Below the pieces are notes generated by a model. The model saw only the letters and a list, made by a program, of their open reading frames with translations. It was not told where the DNA came from and did not search any database. From a virus (Duplodnaviria; Caudoviricetes), in the IMG/VR virus record IMGVR_UViG_3300030037_000041: a DNA stretch of 36,261 bases; one strand, given 5' to 3'. The position numbers were made by a program, and so were the translations under genes. This document shows positions 1 to 8,527 of this stretch, in pieces; the stretch's first letter is position 1; the number at the start of each line of letters is the position of its first letter.

Positions 1-282
1 ATGACGTATTCAGGTATACACAAAGCTTTAAAAGGTAAAGGGCTAACGTGGGCTATCGCAGCTAAAGCGATGGGGTGTACCCCCCAGCATCTTATGAGTG
101 TGTGCGCTCGTAGAATAGATAGTCCGCGCATTGCGAAAGCTGTTTCTTTGTTAATTGGCAAAGAGGTTGGGGATGTTTTTGACGATAAACCTAAATACCT
201 AATTGATAAGAAACAAGCACGTGAAGAAAAGATATCGGCTGCAACCGCATTACTAAAAGAAGCGGGCTTAGCGGCAGCGTGA
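1..282 (+). CDS. ner: Ner-like HTH DNA-binding repressor
   Basis: 93 aa with HTH-like IHKALKGKGLTWAIAAKAMGCTPQHL and SPRIAKAVSLLIG; first gene of the early operon. Confidence 0.7.
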   Translation: MTYSGIHKALKGKGLTWAIAAKAMGCTPQHLMSVCARRIDSPRIAKAVSLLIGKEVGDVFDDKPKYLIDKKQAREEKISAATALLKEAGLAAA

Positions 283-341
283 TGAGCAATAGAACGTACA
301 TGAATCATTTTTTATCCCTTGGTTTAGTGAGTGATGATTTC

Positions 342-370
342 AGCTTATCGCTGAATTTCGGAACGCGCAA
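342..370 (-). promoter_or_regulatory. Putative leftward sigma70 promoter (pRE/pE-like)
   Basis: Minus strand reads TTGCGC (370-365), 17 nt, TAAGCT (347-342), followed by AAGGGA and an ATG at 308. Confidence 0.4.
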
Positions 371-396
371 TCAAACAATTTAGAACTGATATCGCG

Positions 397-879
397 ATGC
401 AAATTCCAAAAACACAAACAGCTTGGAAACGTCTTCAGCCATCTAATTTACGCGATGCGCTTAGGTTAACTAAACAGTATGCAAGAGCATTCAAACGTTT
501 AACTGTTCCGGCCATTGCTGAGCTTATGGGGGAGACGGAAGAAACGCTTTATAAATGGCTTTCAACGGGGCGCATGCCCGTTACTCTTGTGCCTGTTTAT
601 GAGCATATTTGCGGCATTGATTATGTGACTCAATATCTCGCATATCGCAATTACAAACTGATTATTGATATACCCACAGGAAAGGCTGCGAGCGAAGTTG
701 GAATGGCTGAATTGCAAAAAGTTTCAGCCGAGGCAATGAGTCTTTTAATTGCGCATTATCAAGATGGCGACAACCTCGAAAAAACCACCGAAACACTCAC
801 GCAACTAATGGGCGGGGTTGCCTACCATCGTGAAAACATTCAGGCACAACCTGATTTATTCGCAGGTGAGGAAAAATGA
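397..879 (+). CDS. Phage regulatory protein, CII-like, with N-terminal HTH
   Basis: TVPAIAELMGETEETLYKWLSTGRMP HTH; lies between ner and the transposase. Confidence 0.6.
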   Translation: MQIPKTQTAWKRLQPSNLRDALRLTKQYARAFKRLTVPAIAELMGETEETLYKWLSTGRMPVTLVPVYEHICGIDYVTQYLAYRNYKLIIDIPTGKAASEVGMAELQKVSAEAMSLLIAHYQDGDNLEKTTETLTQLMGGVAYHRENIQAQPDLFAGEEK

Positions 880-1193
880 TGAATGAATGGTATTCAGCAT
901 CGTTTTTAGAAGGTATGAAAGGCATGTCAATTAGCAGGCGTGTAATTTTTGATAGAGCAAAAAAAGAAGGCTGGAAATCACGCCCAAGAAAAGCACGTGG
1001 TGGTGGTAGTGAATACCATATTTCAAGCTTACCTAGAGTAACTGTCAATCAGCTTCATAAAATACATTTGGCTAATAAAAAGGTTGATTTAAAGCACGTA
1101 AAGCAATGCCCATTACTACCGCTGCGTCTATTTGTGAATAGGGTTAAATCGTGGCTTTTTAATATTCGTATCGTCGGTAGGGGAAAGCTATGA
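876..1193 (+). CDS. Stand-alone Mu-type HTH (MuA I-alpha-like) protein
   Basis: N-terminal ~55 aa closely match the MuA N-terminus (NEWYSAS...GWKSRPRKARGGGSEY vs NEWYSAS...GWESRPRKAQGGGKEY). Confidence 0.8.
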   Translation: MMNEWYSASFLEGMKGMSISRRVIFDRAKKEGWKSRPRKARGGGSEYHISSLPRVTVNQLHKIHLANKKVDLKHVKQCPLLPLRLFVNRVKSWLFNIRIVGRGKL

Positions 1194-3358
1194 ATGAATG
1201 GTATTCAGCCTCGTTATTGGCAGGGCTTCCAGGCATGTCACAAAACAAACGCGTCATCATCAAAAAAGCCACCAAAGAAGGTTGGGAATCACGCCCAAGA
1301 AAAGCTCAGGGCGGCGGAAAAGAATATTTCCTTGGCAGTTTACCGATACAAACACAAGCAGCTTTGGTTGGCATGCACGGGAGTGAACAATCCTCCCAAA
1401 CGAGTGACGCTGCAAGCGACAAAAAATCAGCAGCGTCACTCACCCCTTTTAACTATGACAGCGACACACTTTGGAGCCGATACGATAAAAAACCAGCCAG
1501 CCAAAAAGATGAAGCAAACCGCCGATTCACACTCTTGCAAAGCGTTTTAACGCTCACTAAAAACAAGGTTTCATTAGTGGCCGCGATGAAAGCGGTGGGT
1601 GAGCAAAACAATGTCAGCTGGCGAACAATTCAAGGCTGGTATCACGGCAAAAATGGTAAGCCAGGTATAAAGCATTACAACGCATCAGATTGGCTCCCAG
1701 CGTTGTGCCCTGAGCATGTCGGTAGAACATCAAAAGCTAGCTGTGATGAACGTGCATGGGAATTCATAAAAGCTGACTATTTACGGCCCGAAAAACCCAC
1801 AGCAAGCGCCTGTTTTTGGCGTCTAAAAAGAGCAGCTGAAGAACATGTCTGGGCAATACCAGCTCAGCGCACATTAGAACGTCGCCTTAATGATATACCT
1901 CGCACAATTAGAGTGCTCAAACGGGAAGGAGAAAGCGCACTCGTCGCACTTTATCCAGCCCAAGAACGTACCGTAAAAGACATCCATGCATTGCAATGGA
2001 TCAACGGCGATGGCTACCAACATAACGTGTTCGTTAAATGGCCAGGCGAAGACAAACCCGTACGTCCAAAAACATGGTTCTGGCAGGATATTCACAGCCG
2101 CAAAATACTGGCATATCGGGTCGATTTATCAGAAAACACCGACAGCATTAGATTGTCATTTGGTGACCTCGTTGATAACTACGGAATCCCCGAACATGTC
2201 GTCATCGATAACACCCGAGCAGCGGCTAACAAATGGATGACCGGTGGGGTCAAAAATCGTTATCGTTTTAAGGTCAAAGAAGATGATCCGCTCGGCTTAT
2301 TCCCAACACTTGGAATCACCATTCACTGGACATCAGTCATCGCTGGAAAAGGCCACGGCCAAGCCAAGCCGATTGAACGCTCATTCGGTGTCGGTGGCAT
2401 CGGTGAATACGTCGACAAACACCCAAAGTTTGCAGGGGCTTATACGGGTGAAAACCCAATGGTAAAACCTGAAAATTACGGCAAAACAGCCGTGCCAGTT
2501 GAAACGTTTTTAACAACCCTTCAAGAAGAAATAACAGCGTGGAATTCACGCCAAAAAAGACGCACAGAAATGTGCGCAGGAATCAAATCATACGACCAAG
2601 CATTTAATGACTCATACGAGACATCAATCGTCCAAAAAGCCAATCCCGAACAACGCCGATTATGGATGCTAACAGCCGAAGCGATCAGAGTTAAAAAAGA
2701 CGGCTCATTTACATTAGATGCTGGCTCCGCAAAAGGCATCTCAAAGAACCGCTACAGCGCACTAGAACTACTCGAATATGTCGGTCATAAAATCGTCGTC
2801 CGATTCGATCCACAAGATCTGCATGGCATCGTTTACGCCTACACATTAGATAACCGATTTATCGGCCATGCCGCTTGTATTTCCACTACCGGATTTGGCG
2901 ACACAGAAGCAGCAAGATCATTCAACCGCCAGCGTGAACGCTTTGTAAAAGCCAGTAAATTAGCCGCTAAGGCAGAAACACAAATGAACATTATCGATGT
3001 TGCTGATCGACTACCCGTAATAGAGCAAACAAAAACACCCGCAGCAACCGTCGTGCGTCCATTAAGGCCCGACCTAAAACTTGGTCGCCCAGTGCCAGAG
3101 CCACAATTATCAAACCAAGATGAAGCCGATATTTTGGACTTCCAAAAAAGCTTTGAAACAAAAGAAGTGGATGTACGTGAAGACGGCCCACACGAACGTT
3201 ATGAACGCTGGGCACTGTTAAATAATCAGCGTAGCGCCAGTGAACAATTAAACGAAAAAGACGAGAAGTTTTGGCGTGTATACCCCAAGGGTGACGAATA
3301 CAGGTCAATGAGAGATTTCTACGCAGATTTTGAAGGAGTCATGGATCTTGATGCGTAA
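1190..3358 (+). CDS. Mu-type DDE transposase MuA
   Basis: I-alpha HTH and I-beta/gamma domains; catalytic motifs INGDG, VVIDNTRA and KPIER; C-terminal VRFDPQDL. Confidence 0.95.
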   Translation: MNEWYSASLLAGLPGMSQNKRVIIKKATKEGWESRPRKAQGGGKEYFLGSLPIQTQAALVGMHGSEQSSQTSDAASDKKSAASLTPFNYDSDTLWSRYDKKPASQKDEANRRFTLLQSVLTLTKNKVSLVAAMKAVGEQNNVSWRTIQGWYHGKNGKPGIKHYNASDWLPALCPEHVGRTSKASCDERAWEFIKADYLRPEKPTASACFWRLKRAAEEHVWAIPAQRTLERRLNDIPRTIRVLKREGESALVALYPAQERTVKDIHALQWINGDGYQHNVFVKWPGEDKPVRPKTWFWQDIHSRKILAYRVDLSENTDSIRLSFGDLVDNYGIPEHVVIDNTRAAANKWMTGGVKNRYRFKVKEDDPLGLFPTLGITIHWTSVIAGKGHGQAKPIERSFGVGGIGEYVDKHPKFAGAYTGENPMVKPENYGKTAVPVETFLTTLQEEITAWNSRQKRRTEMCAGIKSYDQAFNDSYETSIVQKANPEQRRLWMLTAEAIRVKKDGSFTLDAGSAKGISKNRYSALELLEYVGHKIVVRFDPQDLHGIVYAYTLDNRFIGHAACISTTGFGDTEAARSFNRQRERFVKASKLAAKAETQMNIIDVADRLPVIEQTKTPAATVVRPLRPDLKLGRPVPEPQLSNQDEADILDFQKSFETKEVDVREDGPHERYERWALLNNQRSASEQLNEKDEKFWRVYPKGDEYRSMRDFYADFEGVMDLDA

Positions 3359-3420
3359 AAAAAGGAACCCACCGAAGTGGGCAATAAAAAGATAGCTATC
3401 TGCAAATAGCTGAGGAAATT

Positions 3421-4182
3421 TTGATGCAAAAAACAAACGTTGTCAACATTGATGAGTTACAAACAACATCCACAACAGCGCCATTAAAGAATGTTGCTCT
3501 ATGCAACAGACTATTAGAAATGGCCATCAACAGACCCACCCACTTACCGGGCATGGTCTGTTTTTACGGGCCACCAGGTTGGGGTAAATCATTCGCTGCT
3601 GCGTACACGGCTAATAAGCACAGTGCGTATTACATTGAGTGCAAATCCACTTGGACACGTAAAGCCATATTGATCGCAATTCTAAAAGAAATGGGCATTG
3701 TGCCAGCAACGGCCATTTATGAAATGACAGATCAAGTCAGCGAGCAGCTGGCTGTATCGGGCAGACCATTAATAGTCGATGAAATGGATCATATCGTTAA
3801 CAAAAAAGCCGTTGAAATTGTTCGCGATATATACGAAGGATCTAACGCCGCTATTTTAATGATCGGCGAAGAAAGCATTGAAACCAAACTACGCAAATGG
3901 GAACGCTTTCACTCTCGCATGCTCGCATGGCAACCAGCCCAACCAGCGGATCTAGCAGACGCCATGCATTTGGCGCGGCTGTATTGCAAGGACGTAACAA
4001 TAGCAGACGACTTAATGAAGCTGATACAACAACAAAGCGGCGGTGTGGTGAGACGTATATGCGTCAATCTTAATCTAGTAGAACAAACAGCCATCAACAT
4101 GGGTGTGGATAGCATCACCAAAAAAGACTGGGCAAATAGAGACATGTACACCGGATCGGCTCCAACAAGGAGGGTCTGCTAA
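3421..4182 (+). CDS. MuB-like AAA+ transposition ATPase
   Basis: Walker A GPPGWGKS and Walker B LIVDE; directly after the transposase; start may be the ATG at 3424. Confidence 0.9.
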   Translation: MMQKTNVVNIDELQTTSTTAPLKNVALCNRLLEMAINRPTHLPGMVCFYGPPGWGKSFAAAYTANKHSAYYIECKSTWTRKAILIAILKEMGIVPATAIYEMTDQVSEQLAVSGRPLIVDEMDHIVNKKAVEIVRDIYEGSNAAILMIGEESIETKLRKWERFHSRMLAWQPAQPADLADAMHLARLYCKDVTIADDLMKLIQQQSGGVVRRICVNLNLVEQTAINMGVDSITKKDWANRDMYTGSAPTRRVC

Positions 4183-4769
4183 TGCCTAGTAAACCCGTAC
4201 ACCTAACTGCAGCTGGTGATAAAAATGACCGCCAAGCAGTCTGGGAAGTGATAAGAGCACTCGGAAAAAATGGTGCTAAATTCACCCTAAAAGACATCGG
4301 TAAGAAAATGCAGTGGGCAGCACAGGACAACCGCCTGTTCACTTACTTACGCTGTCTAGAAAAAGGGGACTATCTTGAGGTTGTTAAAAAGCCTTATCAA
4401 GAGAATATTTACACACTCTTAATTGATAAAGGCGTTGATGCGCCAAGGCTAAAATACGATGGCACAAAAGTCACGCAGGGCACAGGCCGCGAGCAAATGT
4501 GGCGAACAATGCGAATATTAAAAACGTTCAGCGCCAAAGACCTTAGCGTATCGGCTAGCAGCGAAGCGCATTCAGTCAAACTGGCTGAGGCAAAAGACTA
4601 TTGCCACCACCTAAGAAAGGCAGGTTATTTGAAAGGTGGCCCAAAAGAAGGCTACGTATTTTTAGCATCACGTTATACAGGGCCAAGGCCACCCCAAATA
4701 CAGCGCACAAAATCAGTGTTTGATCCTAACTTAGGCAAAGTCGTCTGGCCGGAGGTTGATCATGAATAG
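4182..4769 (+). CDS. Mu-like phage early protein with two putative winged-HTH domains
   Basis: Two similar segments (RQAVWEVIR.../REQMWRTMR...); coupled to MuB. Confidence 0.6.
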   Translation: MPSKPVHLTAAGDKNDRQAVWEVIRALGKNGAKFTLKDIGKKMQWAAQDNRLFTYLRCLEKGDYLEVVKKPYQENIYTLLIDKGVDAPRLKYDGTKVTQGTGREQMWRTMRILKTFSAKDLSVSASSEAHSVKLAEAKDYCHHLRKAGYLKGGPKEGYVFLASRYTGPRPPQIQRTKSVFDPNLGKVVWPEVDHE

Positions 4770-5109
4770 TAAAAACTGGCTAGAAGTGTTGGCGGACGCT
4801 TGCGCGGAAACATCACAATCACGTGTGTCCATGCGCCTAAAACAACCGGACGGCTTCCCATCCCCAACCGTCATTAATCAGGTGTTAAAGGACAAATATC
4901 CGGGCCGTAAAGACCGCTTAAAAGCCCTCGTCGAAGGCGTTTATATGAACAGAACGGTTATCTGCCCCGTATCCGATGAAATTAGTAGCGACGTGTGCGA
5001 AGAAAATCAATCACGCCCATTTATCAACACCAACCCGATCCGCGTGCGGCTATTCAAAGCCTGCCGTGGAGGCTGTCCGCATTCAAGACTGGAGAAAGAC
5101 CATGCATAA
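4756..5109 (+). CDS. Early protein, HTH plus Cys cluster
   Basis: SQSRVSMRL...SPTVINQVL HTH-like segment; CPV...C...CRGGC. Confidence 0.55.
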   Translation: MIMNSKNWLEVLADACAETSQSRVSMRLKQPDGFPSPTVINQVLKDKYPGRKDRLKALVEGVYMNRTVICPVSDEISSDVCEENQSRPFINTNPIRVRLFKACRGGCPHSRLEKDHA

Positions 5110-5362
5110 AGCACATGAGCACTTATTTAAAAACCTAACCGCAGCACGCAAATGTGTCAGAGCGCTCGATGAGATGGATATCGTCATAACGTCGCTCGAT
5201 TTGTCGGGCAGCAAGCCGCGAGTTGTAGTCGTTAACGACGCAAAGTGTCGGCAGCTAAAAGCTGTTGGTAGAACATTTAAAAACAGCCATTTTAACCATG
5301 AGCGCTGCATGACAACCGTGCTCGAAGGTTGCCAAGTTGACTACACCGTTCGCGGCCACTAA
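5102..5362 (+). CDS. Hypothetical early protein
   Basis: GGAG RBS precedes the ATG at 5102, which overlaps the previous gene's end. Confidence 0.6.
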   Translation: MHKAHEHLFKNLTAARKCVRALDEMDIVITSLDLSGSKPRVVVVNDAKCRQLKAVGRTFKNSHFNHERCMTTVLEGCQVDYTVRGH

Positions 5363-5384
5363 TTAAAACCAAAGGAAAAAAACA

Positions 5385-5996
5385 ATGATACCCACAGAAC
5401 CTCAATACAAAACAAACGCCCTAGGCCACCTAGTCCCGCTGCACATGGTTAAAGAAATAGACCAAGATCGCGACCAACTCATCAGCGAACTATTTGATCA
5501 AGCCAGCGTACTGCAAAAACAAATGCAAACCTTCAAAACCCACTCAATGGGCGACGTAACCGCCTTCGTAGAACTTGTCGCTGAAAAATACCAAGCCAAA
5601 CTAGGCGGCAAAAAAGGCAACATCAGCCTACTTAGTTTTAATGGTTGTCAGAAAATACAAATATCCATCCAAGAACACCTCCATTTTGACGAACGCATAC
5701 TCGCCGCCAAAGAAGTTATCTACGCCTGCGTAGCAAAATGGACAAAAGACTCAAACGACAACGTAAAAGCCCTAATAGACCTCGCCTTCAAAGCCGACAA
5801 AGACGGCAGGCTTGCCACGGGGAAAATCCTCAGCCTCCTTAGGCTAGAAATAAACGACCCCGACTGGGAAAACGCCATGGAAGCCCTAAAAGACTCCATC
5901 CAAATAATCGGCAGCACCTCCTACATACGTTTTTACCAGCGGCCAAATGCCGACGCAAAATTTCAACAAATAGGCCTAGACCTAGCCGCCATGTAA
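5385..5996 (+). CDS. DUF3164 family Mu-like early protein
   Basis: NALGHLVP, GGKKGNISLLSFNG and YIRFYQR motifs; AAGGA RBS. Confidence 0.85.
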   Translation: MIPTEPQYKTNALGHLVPLHMVKEIDQDRDQLISELFDQASVLQKQMQTFKTHSMGDVTAFVELVAEKYQAKLGGKKGNISLLSFNGCQKIQISIQEHLHFDERILAAKEVIYACVAKWTKDSNDNVKALIDLAFKADKDGRLATGKILSLLRLEINDPDWENAMEALKDSIQIIGSTSYIRFYQRPNADAKFQQIGLDLAAM

Positions 5997-6128
5997 CAAA
6001 CAAACGTTAGCACACTGAGCGCCAAGGAAACCGTGGCGATAAACGGAACCAGCAGAGGCAGCTCTCCGGTTGTTGATCTGCCGCCTAGCCCGCGTCACGG
6101 GCAACTTACTCAATAGCGAGAGATAAAC

Positions 6129-6341
6129 ATGAACGCAGCAATACTTGGCAAAAGCGCACGACTACAAAAAGTATATAACTTATTAGCCGATGGTCGAGAG
6201 TACTCAACCCGCGAAATCATCGCCCATGCGGATGTTTGTGCGGTTAACTCAATCATCTGTGAGCTAAGAAGCAATGGATGCGAGATAACCTGTCGCCGCG
6301 ATTGTGATGCGTGGTATTACAAAATGGAGCCAGCAAAATGA
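6129..6341 (+). CDS. Small winged-HTH protein
   Basis: YSTREIIAHADVCAVNSIICELRSNG HTH-like pattern. Confidence 0.55.
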   Translation: MNAAILGKSARLQKVYNLLADGREYSTREIIAHADVCAVNSIICELRSNGCEITCRRDCDAWYYKMEPAK

Positions 6342-6802
6342 GCCAGCCAAGCAAAGAACAGTGGGTAGAAATAACCGAACAAATGGATTCGCTTTATTCA
6401 TCAGTTTTCTTGCGTTGTGATGGGTATCTATTGGTTACCAGCATGGGGCGTAACAAAAATAAGCTGGAGATTAATATCTACATCAACGGCGTTATGAAAG
6501 GTGAATGGATCGGCTGTTATAGAACAGACAATGAGTTTAGCGATATTCAGCGGAAATTTTGCAAAGTATCAAAAATGGCTATTTGGAGCAAAAAAGAGCT
6601 CGCATCTCTAGAGAAGATATGGGGTAAGCGCGAAGCGAAAAAGCGAGGTTATTACAATAAGAATCTCTTTGTCTCGCCATCTTGGGGTTCTGCAAAACGC
6701 CTAGTCAGTCACCTCAAAAAACACAATCAAAACATCGAAGTCCTAACGCCTGAAGAATATGAAAAGGCCATCGAAGCACTTCCCAAAGAGGACGCAGCGT
6801 GA
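6338..6802 (+). CDS. Hypothetical phage protein
   Basis: ATGA overlap with the upstream gene; GGAG RBS. Confidence 0.6.
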   Translation: MSQPSKEQWVEITEQMDSLYSSVFLRCDGYLLVTSMGRNKNKLEINIYINGVMKGEWIGCYRTDNEFSDIQRKFCKVSKMAIWSKKELASLEKIWGKREAKKRGYYNKNLFVSPSWGSAKRLVSHLKKHNQNIEVLTPEEYEKAIEALPKEDAA

Positions 6803-7206
6803 ACAGGGCCACCCTAATAAAACTCGTTCACGCAGGTGCGCGCCATGCCTTTAATGATGAAGATGCACGTAAAAACTGGCAAGAAAGCAGGACGGGGCAC
6901 CGTAGCTGTAAAGACATGACAGATGCACAGCTAGAAAACCTAGTGGCAGAACTGAGGCGTAAAAAAGCCCTTAAGCCCTTGCAGAGAAAAGCCCAGACAG
7001 CAAAAAAAACACCGGCTGACAAAATCCGAGCGTTATGGATCGACATGCATACCAGCGGCTTACTGCACGATGGGTCAGAAAAAGCACTGGGGAAATACCT
7101 ATACCGCATGACCGGTCGCTATAAAGCCGAATGGATCCCCTTACCTGATGCCATGCGAGTAATTGAAAGCCTGAAGAAATGGCGTATTAGATTAGAAGAT
7201 AAATAG
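6799..7206 (+). CDS. gemA: GemA (Mu gp16, DUF1018) family protein
   Basis: TGHRSCKDMTDAQL, KIRALW, SEKALGKY and VIESLKKW motifs. Confidence 0.85.
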   Translation: MNRATLIKLVHAGARHAFNDEDARKNWQESRTGHRSCKDMTDAQLENLVAELRRKKALKPLQRKAQTAKKTPADKIRALWIDMHTSGLLHDGSEKALGKYLYRMTGRYKAEWIPLPDAMRVIESLKKWRIRLEDK

Positions 7207-7209
7207 GAG

Positions 7210-7404
7210 ATGATCACCATGCGTACCCCGACAGTTATTTACGAAGCATTACCCAATATCTACCTCTTTCTGGCCGTACTAACCGCCTATAAATTGCCCA
7301 GCGCCTTGGTCTCCGTTGTTATGTTTTTAGCCGCAGCTTACCTGGTTAAAAAATGGCGAACAAATAACCGTAACAAACGAACAGTCAAACGGCGAGTCAG
7401 ATGA
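7210..7404 (+). CDS. Small membrane protein
   Basis: Two hydrophobic stretches and a basic tail; AGGAG RBS. Confidence 0.55.
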   Translation: MITMRTPTVIYEALPNIYLFLAVLTAYKLPSALVSVVMFLAAAYLVKKWRTNNRNKRTVKRRVR

Positions 7405-7622
7405 TTCAAGTCGCGATCCTTATTAGTGGGCTAGCCGCCATCTGGTTAGCAACGCATAAATGCCCTAAGCATCAGCGTTACGCCTGTTTGTTTGGCTTGG
7501 CTGGGCAACCCTTTTGGATCGTTAGCGCATATACCACCGAGCAATGGGGAATCTTAGTGCTCGCTATTATGCACGTGATTGTATGGGCGTCATCGTTCCA
7601 TCGGCATTGGTTGAAAATATAA
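7401..7622 (+). CDS. Small membrane protein
   Basis: Three hydrophobic segments with GLAGQPFW; its stop codon lies within the first attC core site. Confidence 0.6.
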   Translation: MIQVAILISGLAAIWLATHKCPKHQRYACLFGLAGQPFWIVSAYTTEQWGILVLAIMHVIVWASSFHRHWLKI

Positions 7623-7678
7623 CGCCTGTTAATAAGCTGCTGCGCTCTTTGCAGTCGGTTTGATAAACCTTGTTATAC
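7617..7678 (-). repeat. Integron attC-like site 1
   Basis: Minus strand GTATAAC-AAGGTTTA-TCAAACCGACTGC-loop-GCAGCAGCTTA-TTAACAGGC-GTTATAT; the + strand folds with unpaired G and T. Confidence 0.75.
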
Positions 7679-7699
7679 GATTAATTTTAAGGAGTTTTT

Positions 7700-7888
7700 A
7701 TGGAATATATGGAGAGAAGAATGCAGGATATTTATGATGGTTTTGATGCAAAGGTTTCTCAATTAGACCCGTTCATTAATGATTTGTTAGTTGCTTGTAA
7801 AAAGCACGGTATTGATAACGATGATCTCAATTTTGTTACGGAGCTATTTAATAAGGGCTACATGCCTAAATTAAATGGGGACGTATAA
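7700..7888 (+). CDS. Cassette-borne hypothetical protein (62 aa)
   Basis: AAGGAG RBS; bounded by GTTATAC (7672) and GTATAAC (7883); AT-richer than its neighbours. Confidence 0.7.
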   Translation: MEYMERRMQDIYDGFDAKVSQLDPFINDLLVACKKHGIDNDDLNFVTELFNKGYMPKLNGDV

Positions 7889-7943
7889 CGCCCACATATA
7901 AGCGGTGGCGTCTTTTGCCATCCGCTTGATTAGCTTGTTAGGC
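7883..7943 (-). repeat. Integron attC-like site 2
   Basis: Minus strand GCCTAAC AAGCT AATCAAGCGGATGGC AAAAGAC GCCACCGCTTATA TGTGGGC GTTATAC; same layout as aadA7-type attC. Confidence 0.85.
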
Positions 7944-7962
7944 ATTTTAAAGGATAAGAAAA

Positions 7963-8430
7963 ATGAAAATTGAAAGTACACAGATAACAAAATTAACACT
8001 AAGTGACCTTGATAATTTAGACCCCGTTTCTGTTATTGCGGAAGACATTGCAAATGGTAGGGGGAAAATAAGTTTCGAATGTTACGGCAAAGCATTTAGC
8101 GCATATTGGGGAGGAATGGGCGACAACACGATTGCTGAGTTTTTTTGCTCTTGTGACGAACACTATATTGCCAGCAACGTAAGCGGTATGGATTCAGAGG
8201 TTTATGACATTGACGCTATTCGAAAGGCGGCAGAAGAAAAAGGCATTGAATGCCACCGAGATGACCCTTGGAATGATTACGAGTTTATGGATGCCATGTA
8301 TGGCGGCGACATGAGTGACTGGCACTACAACCTACCTAGAATGCCGAACCACGAATACGAATATTTATGCCGAATCATAAAAGCAGTGCAGGTAGGACTT
8401 ACGGAGCAAGCGGCCTGCAAGGCTGCCTAA
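7963..8430 (+). CDS. Cassette-borne phage-type hypothetical protein (155 aa)
   Basis: AAGGA RBS; bounded by GTTAGGC (7937) and GCCTAAC (8425). Confidence 0.75.
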   Translation: MKIESTQITKLTLSDLDNLDPVSVIAEDIANGRGKISFECYGKAFSAYWGGMGDNTIAEFFCSCDEHYIASNVSGMDSEVYDIDAIRKAAEEKGIECHRDDPWNDYEFMDAMYGGDMSDWHYNLPRMPNHEYEYLCRIIKAVQVGLTEQAACKAA

Positions 8431-8476
8431 CAGCGTATTAAGCGGCATTAAATTCCCCTTAATACGATATTAAAGC
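8425..8476 (-). repeat. Degenerate attC or attI-position site
   Basis: GCCTAAC followed by inverted repeat CGTATTAAG/CTTAATACG; no closing GTT core and no bulged bases. Confidence 0.5.
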
Positions 8477-8527
8477 CCCAAAGCGGGAATAACCCAGTAT
8501 AAAAAACATAAAGGCCGCAACAAAAAA

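Noticed and set aside
3359-3420. Terminator between MuA and MuB
   Set aside because: The short hairpins (CCCAC/GTGGG, AGCTAT/ATAGCT) lack a + strand U-tract and are too weak to call
6010-6110. Hammerhead or pistol ribozyme
   Set aside because: There is no CUGANGA core, and the partial pistol resemblance lacks the conserved GCG/GU elements
7210-7622. Additional upstream cassette
   Set aside because: No attC hairpin or matching GTTATAT precedes these ORFs, and they are coupled like resident phage genes
7617-8476. CRISPR array or plain terminators
   Set aside because: The repeats are degenerate, separated by whole genes, lack U-tracts and have attC-type cores and bulges
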